From positions 1 through 26,326 of IMG/VR virus record IMGVR_UViG_3300037308_000126: DNA of 26,326 nt; one strand, written 5' to 3'. Below are positions 1-8,312 of this stretch, piece by piece; position 1 is the first letter of the stretch; each line of letters begins with the position of its first letter. This DNA comes from a virus (lineage: Duplodnaviria > Caudoviricetes). The position numbers and the translations under genes were made by a program. The notes beneath the pieces were generated by a model. It worked only from the letters and a program-made list of their open reading frames with translations, searched no databases and was not told the origin of the DNA.

Positions 1-42
1 CCGCCCGCTTGAGGTAACACCCGAAAGCCTCAGGTGAAAGTT

Positions 43-117
43 CGGGGCGTAGCGCAGTCCGGCTAGCGCGCACGGTTCGGGTCCGTGAGGTCCGGAGTTC
101 AAATCTCCGCGCCCCGA
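43..117 (+). tRNA. tRNA-Pro: tRNA-Pro, anticodon CGG; CCA end not encoded
   Basis: Acceptor stem CGGGGCG (43-49) / CGCCCCG (110-116). Anticodon arm CACGG-TTCGGGT-CCGTG. T arm CGGAG-TTCAAAT-CTCCG. Discriminator A117 is followed by CTT. Confidence 0.97.
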
Positions 118-123
118 CTTGGC

Positions 124-200
124 GCGCACGGATGGCCAAAAAACCCATCCGTGCGCCTCACAATTCTCATCCCAAAAACTGTGGGGCGCACGGCTGTTTT
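124..200 (+). terminator. Overlapping inverted repeats downstream of the tRNA; possible terminator or attenuator
   Basis: GCGCACGGATGG (124-135) pairs perfectly with CCATCCGTGCGC (145-156). Alternatively 149-162 pairs with 180-193, which is followed by CTGTTTT. Confidence 0.45.
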
Positions 201-288
201 CTCTGCTGTATAAAAAAAACCTTCCCACCGGATCGTTATCGGCAAGCAATTGCCAATACTGGGAAAGGAATACAGGAGAGAAAACATC

Positions 289-1308
289 ATGGATCGCCAA
301 TCGCCAGCCTTATCGCAAGCCCTCACCGGCTTCATCTACTACAAATCGGCCACGGGCAAGTCCGAGCACACCATCGCCGATTACATCGTCACCCGCAAGA
401 AAGTGCTCGCCTATTTCGCCGACGATCCGCCGCTGGCTTCCATCACCCGCGACGACTGGATCGGATTTCTCGCCTGGCTCACTCACGACTACGTCAGCCA
501 GCCCGCCGGCCCGGTGCAGCGTGCCCCCAGACCGCTCGCGCCAAAAACCATCTTCAACATCCACACCAACCTCTCGTCGTTCTACACCTGGGCCGTCCGT
601 GAAGACCTCGTCGATTGCAACCTCATCCAGACCATCGATCGCCCCGGCTACGAACAGCCCGTCATCGTGCCCTTCACCAAAGAGGAGATCGTCGCCTTGC
701 TCAAATCGTGCACCACGACGCGCACCTGGCGCTCGCACAGCGCCACGGCCAGCGCCCGCTACACCGCCGAGCGCGATCAGGCCATCGTGCTGCTTTTGCT
801 CGACACCGGCATCCGCGCCGAAGAACTGTGTGGCATCCTGCTGAGCGATGTGAATCTGGAAGCCAACAGCATCGTCATCCGGGGCAAGGGCAAAGGCCGC
901 GACAAAAAAGAACGCACGGTCTACTTCGGCAGACTCTGCTCAAAAGCGCTCTGGCACTACCTCCTGCCGCGCCTTCCCTCCTACCATGTCTCGGACGGGG
1001 GAGGGCGGGTGGGGGTTCCCCTCTTCCTCTCCCGCGCCGTCATCGACAACACGCCCATGAATCGCAAATCGCTCTACCAGATGCTCAGAGACCTCGGCGA
1101 TCGCGCCGGCGTCCCGCACGTGCACCCGCATCGCTTTCGCCACACCTTCGCCATCACCTACCTGCGCAATGGCGGCGACGTGTTCACCTTGCAGTTGCTC
1201 CTGGGGCATTCCGACATGGAGATGGTGCGCCGCTACGCCAGCATCGCCCAGGCCGATTGCGCCAACGCCCACCGCAAAGCCAGCCCGGCCGACAACTGGC
1301 GTCTCTAA
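289..1308 (+). CDS. int: Tyrosine recombinase / phage integrase (339 aa)
   Basis: Catalytic motifs LDTGIRAEEL (R), GKG..KER (K), HRFRH, LLGH and RRYA (Y). ATG 289 has an upstream AGGAG SD, so it is preferred over the ORF-track start at 250. Confidence 0.96.
   Translation: MDRQSPALSQALTGFIYYKSATGKSEHTIADYIVTRKKVLAYFADDPPLASITRDDWIGFLAWLTHDYVSQPAGPVQRAPRPLAPKTIFNIHTNLSSFYTWAVREDLVDCNLIQTIDRPGYEQPVIVPFTKEEIVALLKSCTTTRTWRSHSATASARYTAERDQAIVLLLLDTGIRAEELCGILLSDVNLEANSIVIRGKGKGRDKKERTVYFGRLCSKALWHYLLPRLPSYHVSDGGGRVGVPLFLSRAVIDNTPMNRKSLYQMLRDLGDRAGVPHVHPHRFRHTFAITYLRNGGDVFTLQLLLGHSDMEMVRRYASIAQADCANAHRKASPADNWRL
976..1015 (+). repeat. Hairpin/G-tract dispersed repeat, copy in-frame within the integrase
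   Basis: CCCTCC...GACGGGGGAGGGCGGGTGGGGG; encodes PSYHVSDGGGRVG. Confidence 0.7.
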
Positions 1309-1345
1309 CCGCCCCCGCGCCGCGCCGTGGGCCTGGGTGGGGTAA

Positions 1346-1374
1346 TTGACTCTACACGCTAACGGGTATACAAT
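1346..1374 (+). promoter_or_regulatory. Sigma70-type promoter
   Basis: TTGACT (1346-1351), a 17-nt spacer and TACAAT (1369-1374); each hexamer matches consensus at 5 of 6 positions. Confidence 0.75.
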
Positions 1375-1378
1375 AAAA

Positions 1379-1576
1379 CCGGCCAGACTTCCCTCTCCCC
1401 CTCCCCTGTCGTCGCTGTCTGACGACGGGGGAGGGCTGGGGTGGGGGAAAATTGGCCGGCATGGGAGGCCACCATGTCCACTCGGACACCCGGCCCGCGC
1501 GGCGCGATAATGCCGCTGAAACGGTTCGCGCCCTGCGGGCCGGCTCGTTCCCTTGCCCGGTAGTCCGCTTACCGGA
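1379..1576 (+). ncRNA. Candidate structured small RNA (may encode a 29-aa peptide at 1474-1563)
   Basis: Starts just downstream of the promoter. Consecutive stems: 1379-1385/1453-1459, 1460-1464/1472-1476, 1475-1479/1484-1488, 1490-1543 and 1557-1575. Confidence 0.4.
1399..1447 (+). repeat. Hairpin/G-tract dispersed repeat, intergenic copy
   Basis: CCCTCCCCTGTCGTC-GCTGTCT-GACGACGGGGGAGGG followed by CTGGGGTGGGGG. Confidence 0.85.
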
Positions 1577-1577
1577 A

Positions 1578-2039
1578 CTACTCCTCAAACATCATCTCAT
1601 CGCTGATCGTATCCAGCCGCTTCCCGTATGCGGCCATGAACTCCAGCACAAAATCGGCAAACGCCGGCGGCACGCTGCGCAGCGTAAAGCGCTCGTCCTT
1701 CAGCCGGTTGAAAATCAATTCCGCCTGCGCCGCGCTCAGCGTGAATGGCCCCTCGTGGCTGTCGTCCAGGTGCGACACGCGGCTTGCTAATTTCAGCCAG
1801 GGCGCCATCTCCGTGAACTTCATCTGCCCGTTCTCAGGCACCCAGTTCACGATCGTTTCCAGCCATTCTCGGTCATGCACAGTTGATGCAATGCCATTTC
1901 CAAACGGCTTCATCTCGTTATACAGCGCCTCTTTCGCCCGCTCCGGCGGCAGGTGCATCACGTTGATCAGCCAACTCAGGCTCAGCCCAACGTTCCCGGT
2001 GCGTGCCCGCCGTTTTAACTGCAATGTTACTGCGCTCAT
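1578..2039 (-). CDS. Hypothetical protein (153 aa), last gene of the late operon
   Basis: ATGA overlap with the tail fibre stop and protein-like composition; no motif recognised. Confidence 0.8.
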   Translation of the reverse strand: MSAVTLQLKRRARTGNVGLSLSWLINVMHLPPERAKEALYNEMKPFGNGIASTVHDREWLETIVNWVPENGQMKFTEMAPWLKLASRVSHLDDSHEGPFTLSAAQAELIFNRLKDERFTLRSVPPAFADFVLEFMAAYGKRLDTISDEMMFEE

Positions 2040-5000
2040 GTGCCAATGGTCCTTTCAAATCGTTCTAGTCGTTGGTCCAGTTGTCGCACCGCTCCTACCA
2101 ATAGCATGGTCAAACGGCTCATGTTCACAAAATGGTGACCGTCCTCATTGAACGTCACCAGTTTCAAGTTTGTCAATCGCTGCCGATTGTAGGTCAGGAA
2201 TTCGTTGAAAGCCTCCCGGATCGCATCGCTTTCGCTAGAAACGTGCACGCTCAAAGCCGTCAGCAATGCCACGTCATTGTGCGCGTCAAAATTGGTCCAC
2301 GCCGTCCCCACGTCTTGATGTGAATCGCCATCGCCATCGAGTATGAAGCGCGTCGTTGTGCCGTTGCGGAACGCCGCTATATTCTCATTTGCGCCGATTC
2401 CCCCGCGTGTGTTGCCGGAAATGCCCCATGCATCGATCATGACGCGCGCGCCAGCCGACGAAGATTTAGTCGTGTCGCCGGTGTGCGTTGCACCGCCGAC
2501 ACGGACACCGGTCACCCCTGCCCCGAATCCATCGATGATCAACCCGCCGTTCGTGGCGTGGTTTTTGAGCAGGCGTCCATACGTGTCTGCTTCGACATCC
2601 GTGGTGAACGAATGGCTGACATCAGTCGACTTCAAGGACACTATATCGTTATCCGCCCCGCCTTGGTTGATGGTCAGCCCGGTCGTCATGTTGGCATTAC
2701 TGGTGTCGTTTATATACACGCTGCCGCTCGACCGTACCTCACCCGTGCCCGCGCCCGTGGCGCTGCCGACGTTCAACCCCATTGTGAGCGTCGCATCGCC
2801 ATTCCAGTTCAGCGTCCCATTTGCCGCACCGTTTCGTTGCAGATTCAGCGATGCACTGTAGATGCCCGATCCGACAAAGAGCGTAACTTTCCCGTTATAT
2901 CCGCTCGGCGCATCAGCCGCGATCCAGGTCACCGTTTCATTACTATCACCAACCGATCGTAAAAACAGTGTATTGGCAGATCCATAATTCCAGGCGTACA
3001 GCTTGCCGATGGAACCTATCTTGTAAGTTTTGGGGACTTCATAAGAGCCACTTGTACCGTGTGCAACGGTTATTCCGTCATTGTCAATCGTCACTGCGCC
3101 CGCGCCAGCGTACAATTTGCCGTCCGTCGCACCATACCATTGCACCGTCCCGCCGTTGTACCCCCCAATGCGGCCCACGCCTGAATCATTCCAGATTTTC
3201 AGCCCGGTCGTCGGTGACGCGAACGATCCGGTTCCCTGATAGATTCCGCCGCTCGCGCCCAGTGTCAGCGACTTCGTGAATTCCGCCCCGGCGCTGGAGT
3301 TGAACGTGAATACGGCCGCGCCGCCGCTGTCCTTAATCGTCAGCACACCCGCCGCCGTCATCCCGATCCGCTCGGTGGTGTTATTGCGAATTGCAATCGC
3401 CCCGCTGCTGATCTGGACGTTATTCTGGCTGGCTCCTACCTGCCCGATCGTCAACACGCCCGCCGCCGTCATGTCGATGATCGCAGTGGTGTTGTTTCTG
3501 ATTTGAATTGCGCCGCTGCTGATGTACACATTGTCCTGGCTCGCCCCGGTTTGCCCGATCAAGATATTCCCGTTCGTGTCCCACTGCGCCAACTGCGTGC
3601 TCCCACGCATGACGCGAATGCCATTGGTCGCATCCGCCGCCAGCCACGAAGTTGAGCCGCTGTACTTCCCCACCGCCACTCCATAAGTCGTCACCCCGTA
3701 GCCGTACAACCCGTTCAAATTCCCGATCGCCCAATGCTCCGTCCAATCGTTGTACGTCGCGCTGTTGCGCACATTGCCGGCAATTGTCGGACCAGACTGA
3801 GCCGCAGACTTGACGCCGCTCACGCTGTACAGATCGATAAATCCGCTACCTGCCTGTCCGGTGTTGAACACGGCATCCCCCGCGTACCAATTGTTCGCCC
3901 CGCTTCCATCGACGTTGCGCGTGGCGCTGTACGTGTATGGCCCCGCCCCGCTTGGCCCCGCCGTCAACTGCAGAAACTCGATCGCGCCGTTGGCCTCGCA
4001 GTACACCATGTCGCCCGCGTTGAACGAGCCGTACTTGAGCGTCAAGGTGTCTACGGGACCCTGCGGACGCACCGCGACCAACTGTCCAATGTTGACACCC
4101 GAACCGCTCATGGTGCTGGTTCGCGTGCCTGTCGCGCCTGCCGCGCCCAGCGCTTGAGTATCGCCTGCCTGAGCGTCGTCATTCGTTCCGTTGGTTGTAC
4201 GCTGATCGTATCGTTCCGTCATACTGCTCACGGTACCGAACGTGAATGATCCCACGGTCGCGCCGAAAAACAGCAGCAGATCGTTGGCTGCCGTAGTCGT
4301 CACAGACGGAGCAACACAGGAACTGGACGAGGCGTTACTTTGCCCGTTGTGCGCGTCGATCGGAGTGTTAATGTCCGCTCCGCTGATGGCGGTGATCGCT
4401 ATATTGGCGTTGTACGAAACGCCGTTGAACCCAAACTGATACGAAGCCGCCTCGCCATTCTGGACAAACTTGCGATACACCGCGCTGTAGACGAGCGCCC
4501 CGCCCGTGCCTGCGTCGGCACGCACCAATCCCCAGCCGTCCGGGGGAACGATCGTCGGCGCGTTGGCGTTGACGACCACCTGAGCGATCAGCAAATCGCC
4601 TCCCACCGTGCTGGCAGGCTTATTGCAAATCAGCGACGTGGCCGGTGTTGCGCCGGTGCTCGCCGTGGCAACACTGCGGTACGCCACGCTGCCCTGCGAT
4701 CCCGATCCTGCCGCCAAATCAACCGTCAATAGGTTGGTCGGCCCCACGAGGATGCGCCCGCCGATCGTCGCCAGCGTGTTCTGCGCCACCAATGTCTCAA
4801 CCCACAATTCCGCGGCATGCAGCGTCAGGTACTTTTTGCTCAGCGCGCCTAGGTTCAGATCGTAATTGACGTTTGGCAAAATGTCGTTCCCGGTCGGGTC
4901 AAAGGTCACATCACCCGCCGGATCGATCGTCAAATTGGCTGCCGCCGTGACGCGCGGGGTGGTCAGTATGCTGCTTAGGGTAAGGTTGACCAATTGCAGC

Positions 5001-5794
5001 GCGCCGCTGGCATCGCTCGCCAACAAACTCGCCGCCGCCCCCGGATTGCTCGATGACGTGATGGCATGCGTATGGTTTGCTGCAACCGAATTGCTGCTCG
5101 TAACCGTCAGCGTCCCCGGCGTATTCATCGTGATCGTGCGGTTCGCTGTCAGATCCCCGCCGCCGCCTAACGCCCCCGTCCCCGTGATCGTAATCGCGCT
5201 CCGTGCGATCGTGCTATCGATCGCATGCGTATGGTTACCCGTCGCCGAATTGGCGCTCGTCGCGCTCAAACCCCCCGGCGTCGTCAGCGCCACGTCGTCG
5301 GCGTTGACGGTGAGTCCCGCGCCAGCCCCGACGTTCAGCGTGATCCCGCCCGAAGCCAACGTGCCGCCGCCGGTTAACCCATTTCCCGCATTCACCGCCC
5401 AGGTATTGCGCGCCACGCTGGAATTCACCGCAACAGTCACGCCGCTGCCTGCCCCGCCGTCGGTGATCCCGATGCCGTCACCCTGAGTCAGCGCCCGCTC
5501 GTTGGGCAGCCCCGCCGTGTTGCCCAGCGTTACAAACGACTCCCCGTTGAATGCCGAAATATCCACGCCGTCGATTGTTATACCCGCTGACACCGTCAGA
5601 TTCCCCGTCAGCGTGCGTCCGCCATTGCTCAGCAGGAATTGCGGCGCCTGGCTGTCGGCGATCGATCCGCTATGATGCGCCGAATTCAAGTCGTGTGGCG
5701 ACGGCGCAAATGGCCCTGGCCCGCCGGTCAACGTCCCGATCCACCCTAGAACATACGGCTTGATGGCGCTCAGCAATTCAGTAATTCGTTCCAT
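2036..5794 (-). CDS. Large tail fibre / receptor-binding protein (~1252 aa)
   Basis: Gly/Thr/Ser/Ala-rich beta-type sequence with two NHTHAI His boxes, a 37-aa tandem duplication and a C-terminal chaperone-like helix (VNMSRLTMLLVGAVRQL). It follows Dit and Tal. ATG 5794 lies next to the upstream stop. Confidence 0.85.
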   Translation of the reverse strand: MERITELLSAIKPYVLGWIGTLTGGPGPFAPSPHDLNSAHHSGSIADSQAPQFLLSNGGRTLTGNLTVSAGITIDGVDISAFNGESFVTLGNTAGLPNERALTQGDGIGITDGGAGSGVTVAVNSSVARNTWAVNAGNGLTGGGTLASGGITLNVGAGAGLTVNADDVALTTPGGLSATSANSATGNHTHAIDSTIARSAITITGTGALGGGGDLTANRTITMNTPGTLTVTSSNSVAANHTHAITSSSNPGAAASLLASDASGALQLVNLTLSSILTTPRVTAAANLTIDPAGDVTFDPTGNDILPNVNYDLNLGALSKKYLTLHAAELWVETLVAQNTLATIGGRILVGPTNLLTVDLAAGSGSQGSVAYRSVATASTGATPATSLICNKPASTVGGDLLIAQVVVNANAPTIVPPDGWGLVRADAGTGGALVYSAVYRKFVQNGEAASYQFGFNGVSYNANIAITAISGADINTPIDAHNGQSNASSSSCVAPSVTTTAANDLLLFFGATVGSFTFGTVSSMTERYDQRTTNGTNDDAQAGDTQALGAAGATGTRTSTMSGSGVNIGQLVAVRPQGPVDTLTLKYGSFNAGDMVYCEANGAIEFLQLTAGPSGAGPYTYSATRNVDGSGANNWYAGDAVFNTGQAGSGFIDLYSVSGVKSAAQSGPTIAGNVRNSATYNDWTEHWAIGNLNGLYGYGVTTYGVAVGKYSGSTSWLAADATNGIRVMRGSTQLAQWDTNGNILIGQTGASQDNVYISSGAIQIRNNTTAIIDMTAAGVLTIGQVGASQNNVQISSGAIAIRNNTTERIGMTAAGVLTIKDSGGAAVFTFNSSAGAEFTKSLTLGASGGIYQGTGSFASPTTGLKIWNDSGVGRIGGYNGGTVQWYGATDGKLYAGAGAVTIDNDGITVAHGTSGSYEVPKTYKIGSIGKLYAWNYGSANTLFLRSVGDSNETVTWIAADAPSGYNGKVTLFVGSGIYSASLNLQRNGAANGTLNWNGDATLTMGLNVGSATGAGTGEVRSSGSVYINDTSNANMTTGLTINQGGADNDIVSLKSTDVSHSFTTDVEADTYGRLLKNHATNGGLIIDGFGAGVTGVRVGGATHTGDTTKSSSAGARVMIDAWGISGNTRGGIGANENIAAFRNGTTTRFILDGDGDSHQDVGTAWTNFDAHNDVALLTALSVHVSSESDAIREAFNEFLTYNRQRLTNLKLVTFNEDGHHFVNMSRLTMLLVGAVRQLDQRLERFERTIGT
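3336..3557 (-). repeat. Diverged 111-bp (37-aa) tandem duplication in the tail fibre
   Basis: GQTGASQDNVYISSGAIQIRNNTTAIIDMTAAGVLTI versus GQVGASQNNVQISSGAIAIRNNTTERIGMTAAGVLTI. Confidence 0.9.
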
Positions 5795-5795
5795 G

Positions 5796-6884
5796 TCATA
5801 TCTCGGCGTACTGCTGCCCCAGTTCCCACACACTGGGCAGCGCTTTTGGCTCCGGCCGATAGGTCAAACTCTCAACATTGAACTCCGCGGACTCGATAAA
5901 AATCCTCGACGGATCAGACAACTTCGTCGTATCGGCGCTAACCGGAATCACATCCTTCAGCCGCGCCCACACGCCCACCTGACACTTCTCCTTCTCAATA
6001 TTCAATCCCCAGGCATCCTGTAAATCACCCTCTGCCGTAAACAGGTAATCAGACGATCCCGCCGCCGGCTCCTCGTAAATCCGCACCACACGCTCGCGCG
6101 TCACCGTGGACAGCAGCCGGCGCCCATTCGTCGTTCCTCCCTTCAGCAGCCTCTCGATCGTTTCATTTGCCAGGCTGTCTCCATCGCGGTACTCCGACGA
6201 CGTAATCCCGCTATTACTCATAATTCCACTACTGAGAAAGAACGGCCCGGCGGCCGCAATCATGGCCGCGATCTGCGTCGTGGTCTCCACGCTGGCCGTG
6301 TTGCTGTTCGCATAATAGCGCCACGCCAATGTATTCCACCACCCCAAACACTCCAACGTAGCAGCCAGACGATCGTCCGCGCCGTTTAGCCGAATATCAG
6401 GTATTGGATAACGCAGCTGTGCCAGCAGCGCATCTCGCGCCGCGTCCGCTTGCGTGCTCGTCGCGCCATCCAACGACCCGCGAAATTCCTTTTGCCCGTA
6501 TGTCCCGATCGAATCATCATTCTGCGCCCATGTCGTCGTCGCTCGCGTGCCCACCGTCTGGCTGCCCGGAGACACCAGCGAATAGGCCACGGCCACGCGG
6601 TTGAACATCGTTTCCAGCGAAACCCCCACCTCATACGCGCCAACATTGATCCGAACTGCATTGACGAACCCCCACCAGCACGCCTCTCCACGCGCGTTCA
6701 AAATCTCCACCGGGCAACGCAACTTCTCGATCATCTCCCATACCGCCTCGGGCGATCCGCTCACACCGATCTCTGCCGTGTGCGGTCCCCCGACCGCACG
6801 CCATGTATACCATTTTGGCGCATACGCCACCGGCGGCGCGCTCAACGGCTCGCCGAAATTCCGCTCCAAAACACGTACATTCAC
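5796..6884 (-). CDS. Tail tip hub / Tal-like minor tail protein (362 aa)
   Basis: Lies between the Dit-like gene and the tail fibre; contains the hub-type segment NDDSIGTYGQKE..LD...AARDALL. Confidence 0.7.
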   Translation of the reverse strand: MNVRVLERNFGEPLSAPPVAYAPKWYTWRAVGGPHTAEIGVSGSPEAVWEMIEKLRCPVEILNARGEACWWGFVNAVRINVGAYEVGVSLETMFNRVAVAYSLVSPGSQTVGTRATTTWAQNDDSIGTYGQKEFRGSLDGATSTQADAARDALLAQLRYPIPDIRLNGADDRLAATLECLGWWNTLAWRYYANSNTASVETTTQIAAMIAAAGPFFLSSGIMSNSGITSSEYRDGDSLANETIERLLKGGTTNGRRLLSTVTRERVVRIYEEPAAGSSDYLFTAEGDLQDAWGLNIEKEKCQVGVWARLKDVIPVSADTTKLSDPSRIFIESAEFNVESLTYRPEPKALPSVWELGQQYAEI

Positions 6885-6915
6885 GCTTGCCCATCCACCG
6901 TGCAGATTCTTGGCC

Positions 6916-8310
6916 TTACACCGTCAACCGCCGGGGCCGATAATACATTTTCAAACTCAGCGTGCGATCGATCGGCGCGGTGCTGCTCATCGTATCATGC
7001 AAAAAATACAACCGTTGGGTGCGATTCGGCCATGCTGCAATCCGTTCTCCGTTTCCTACATAATGGCCCGTTTTCCCGGCCGGCGACCACCCGTCAGCGT
7101 AAAGATAACCGTCGATCCCGTCGTCCACCAACCGCGTCATATAACCTAGTCCGTATCCGCGCGGTGCCAGTTTCCGCCAGCCATCAAGCGCCGACATCTG
7201 CGCGAAATCCAGCGACAAACTATGCGTGCCACTCTGCTGTCGCTGCGCAAACAGCACCAGCGTCAGTGGATAGAGATCTCCGGCCCCCACCATATAGGGC
7301 GGCAGTTGCACCACGCCCATGTCCTGAATCGGATAATTCGCTGCCAGCAGCATCTGCGGCCCCTCCCAGATGGTCGTCACCGCCATCCTGACGCGAAACC
7401 TGATCCACATATCCGCATATGTCATGTTTAAGAATCTCGCCAAAATGCGAAAATAATTCCCGGCGCAGGCGTTCAGCTGCTCGGTGCTCAAGTCCCAAAT
7501 CAGCAACTGCTGCTCGGTGGTCGCCGACCAACTAAAATCTTTTCGACTGCCTCCGCTGCAGGTGGCGTCAGACGTCGTTGTCCCGCCTGTTCCACTTTCT
7601 GCCTCCAGCACATGCGCCAAACTGGTCGGTGAACTTAACACATTGTGCGCTATCCACACGTTGTTCGCGCGCGTCGCACTATTGTAATTATTCGTTATCT
7701 CCAGCCGCAGCGGCGCCGGCAATTCGCCGCTCACGGCCGAGCTGTTGATTTCCACATAGTTGTCGTCGCCGGCATTAGCGTCATCATGATTGAACACCGT
7801 CAGTCCGCTCGTGTTGTTCGTCCCGTTTCCGTTCGTCAGCGGGATTTGCCCCTCCGCCCCCTCCCAGAAATAACGCCGCTTCCAGCCGATACGAATCTCG
7901 ATATTCTTATCGAGCCACTGCCAGCCCGTCGACTCATCAGCCAATTCCACGCGGCCGTTCAACAGCTCGCTGCGATAATAGCCGCTGTACCCGGCTGGCT
8001 GATACTCCACATACACCCGATCGCCGATCCGCCGCTGCTGATACGATCGCGCCTGCGCCAGAGCCAGCTCGATCGCCTTCTTGTCACTCTGCAAATTTGC
8101 CGCCGACCCATCCTCGATGAGCGCGATCCTCACCACCTCTGCCACGTTGCGATAAGCCGCCCGTAGTTGCTCGCCGCCATCCCGGAAAACACTCTCATTC
8201 TCGATCGTCTCCGATTCGGGTGAGCGCGGCACGTATTCCAGCAGCGCATACCGTCCGCTGTTCAGATCGATCGTCGTACTCCCATAAACAATGCGTAACC
8301 CGTGCGCCAC
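6916..8310 (-). CDS. Distal tail protein (Dit-like), probably with an inserted carbohydrate-binding-type domain (464 aa)
   Basis: Directly follows the tape measure gene. Dit-type hallmarks are RRYFWEG, VSGELPAPLRLEI and the terminal YRPRRL. The insert begins LEAESGT, resembling the start of CBM6/35 domains. Confidence 0.7.
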   Translation of the reverse strand: MAHGLRIVYGSTTIDLNSGRYALLEYVPRSPESETIENESVFRDGGEQLRAAYRNVAEVVRIALIEDGSAANLQSDKKAIELALAQARSYQQRRIGDRVYVEYQPAGYSGYYRSELLNGRVELADESTGWQWLDKNIEIRIGWKRRYFWEGAEGQIPLTNGNGTNNTSGLTVFNHDDANAGDDNYVEINSSAVSGELPAPLRLEITNNYNSATRANNVWIAHNVLSSPTSLAHVLEAESGTGGTTTSDATCSGGSRKDFSWSATTEQQLLIWDLSTEQLNACAGNYFRILARFLNMTYADMWIRFRVRMAVTTIWEGPQMLLAANYPIQDMGVVQLPPYMVGAGDLYPLTLVLFAQRQQSGTHSLSLDFAQMSALDGWRKLAPRGYGLGYMTRLVDDGIDGYLYADGWSPAGKTGHYVGNGERIAAWPNRTQRLYFLHDTMSSTAPIDRTLSLKMYYRPRRLTV

Positions 8311-8312
8311 CG

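Noticed and set aside
200-256. Possible int promoter (TATAAA near 208-213) and inverted repeat GGCAA-N4-TTGCC (241-254)
   Set aside because: No convincing -35 element, and the inverted repeat is too short to distinguish from chance.
1311-1343. GC-rich stretch after the int stop ending GGGCCTGGGTGGGG, possibly another repeat copy or a terminator
   Set aside because: The stem is poor and there is no U-tract; too degenerate to count.
119-1349. Alternative-frame ORFs 119..844, 132..602 and 615..1349 over the integrase
   Set aside because: Low-complexity Pro/Arg/Ser translations typical of off-frames in GC-rich genes; the integrase frame carries all the catalytic motifs.
1419-1450. CTGACGA...GAAA resembles a hammerhead ribozyme core
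   Set aside because: The intervening sequence is almost all G and cannot form stem II, and CTGACGA is largely part of the repeat hairpin.
1454-1552. GGCCGGCATGG matches the start of the genomic HDV ribozyme
   Set aside because: I could not build the nested double pseudoknot: there is no P1.1 GG after the candidate P1 and no suitable P2 or J4/2. Treated as coincidence pending a covariance search.
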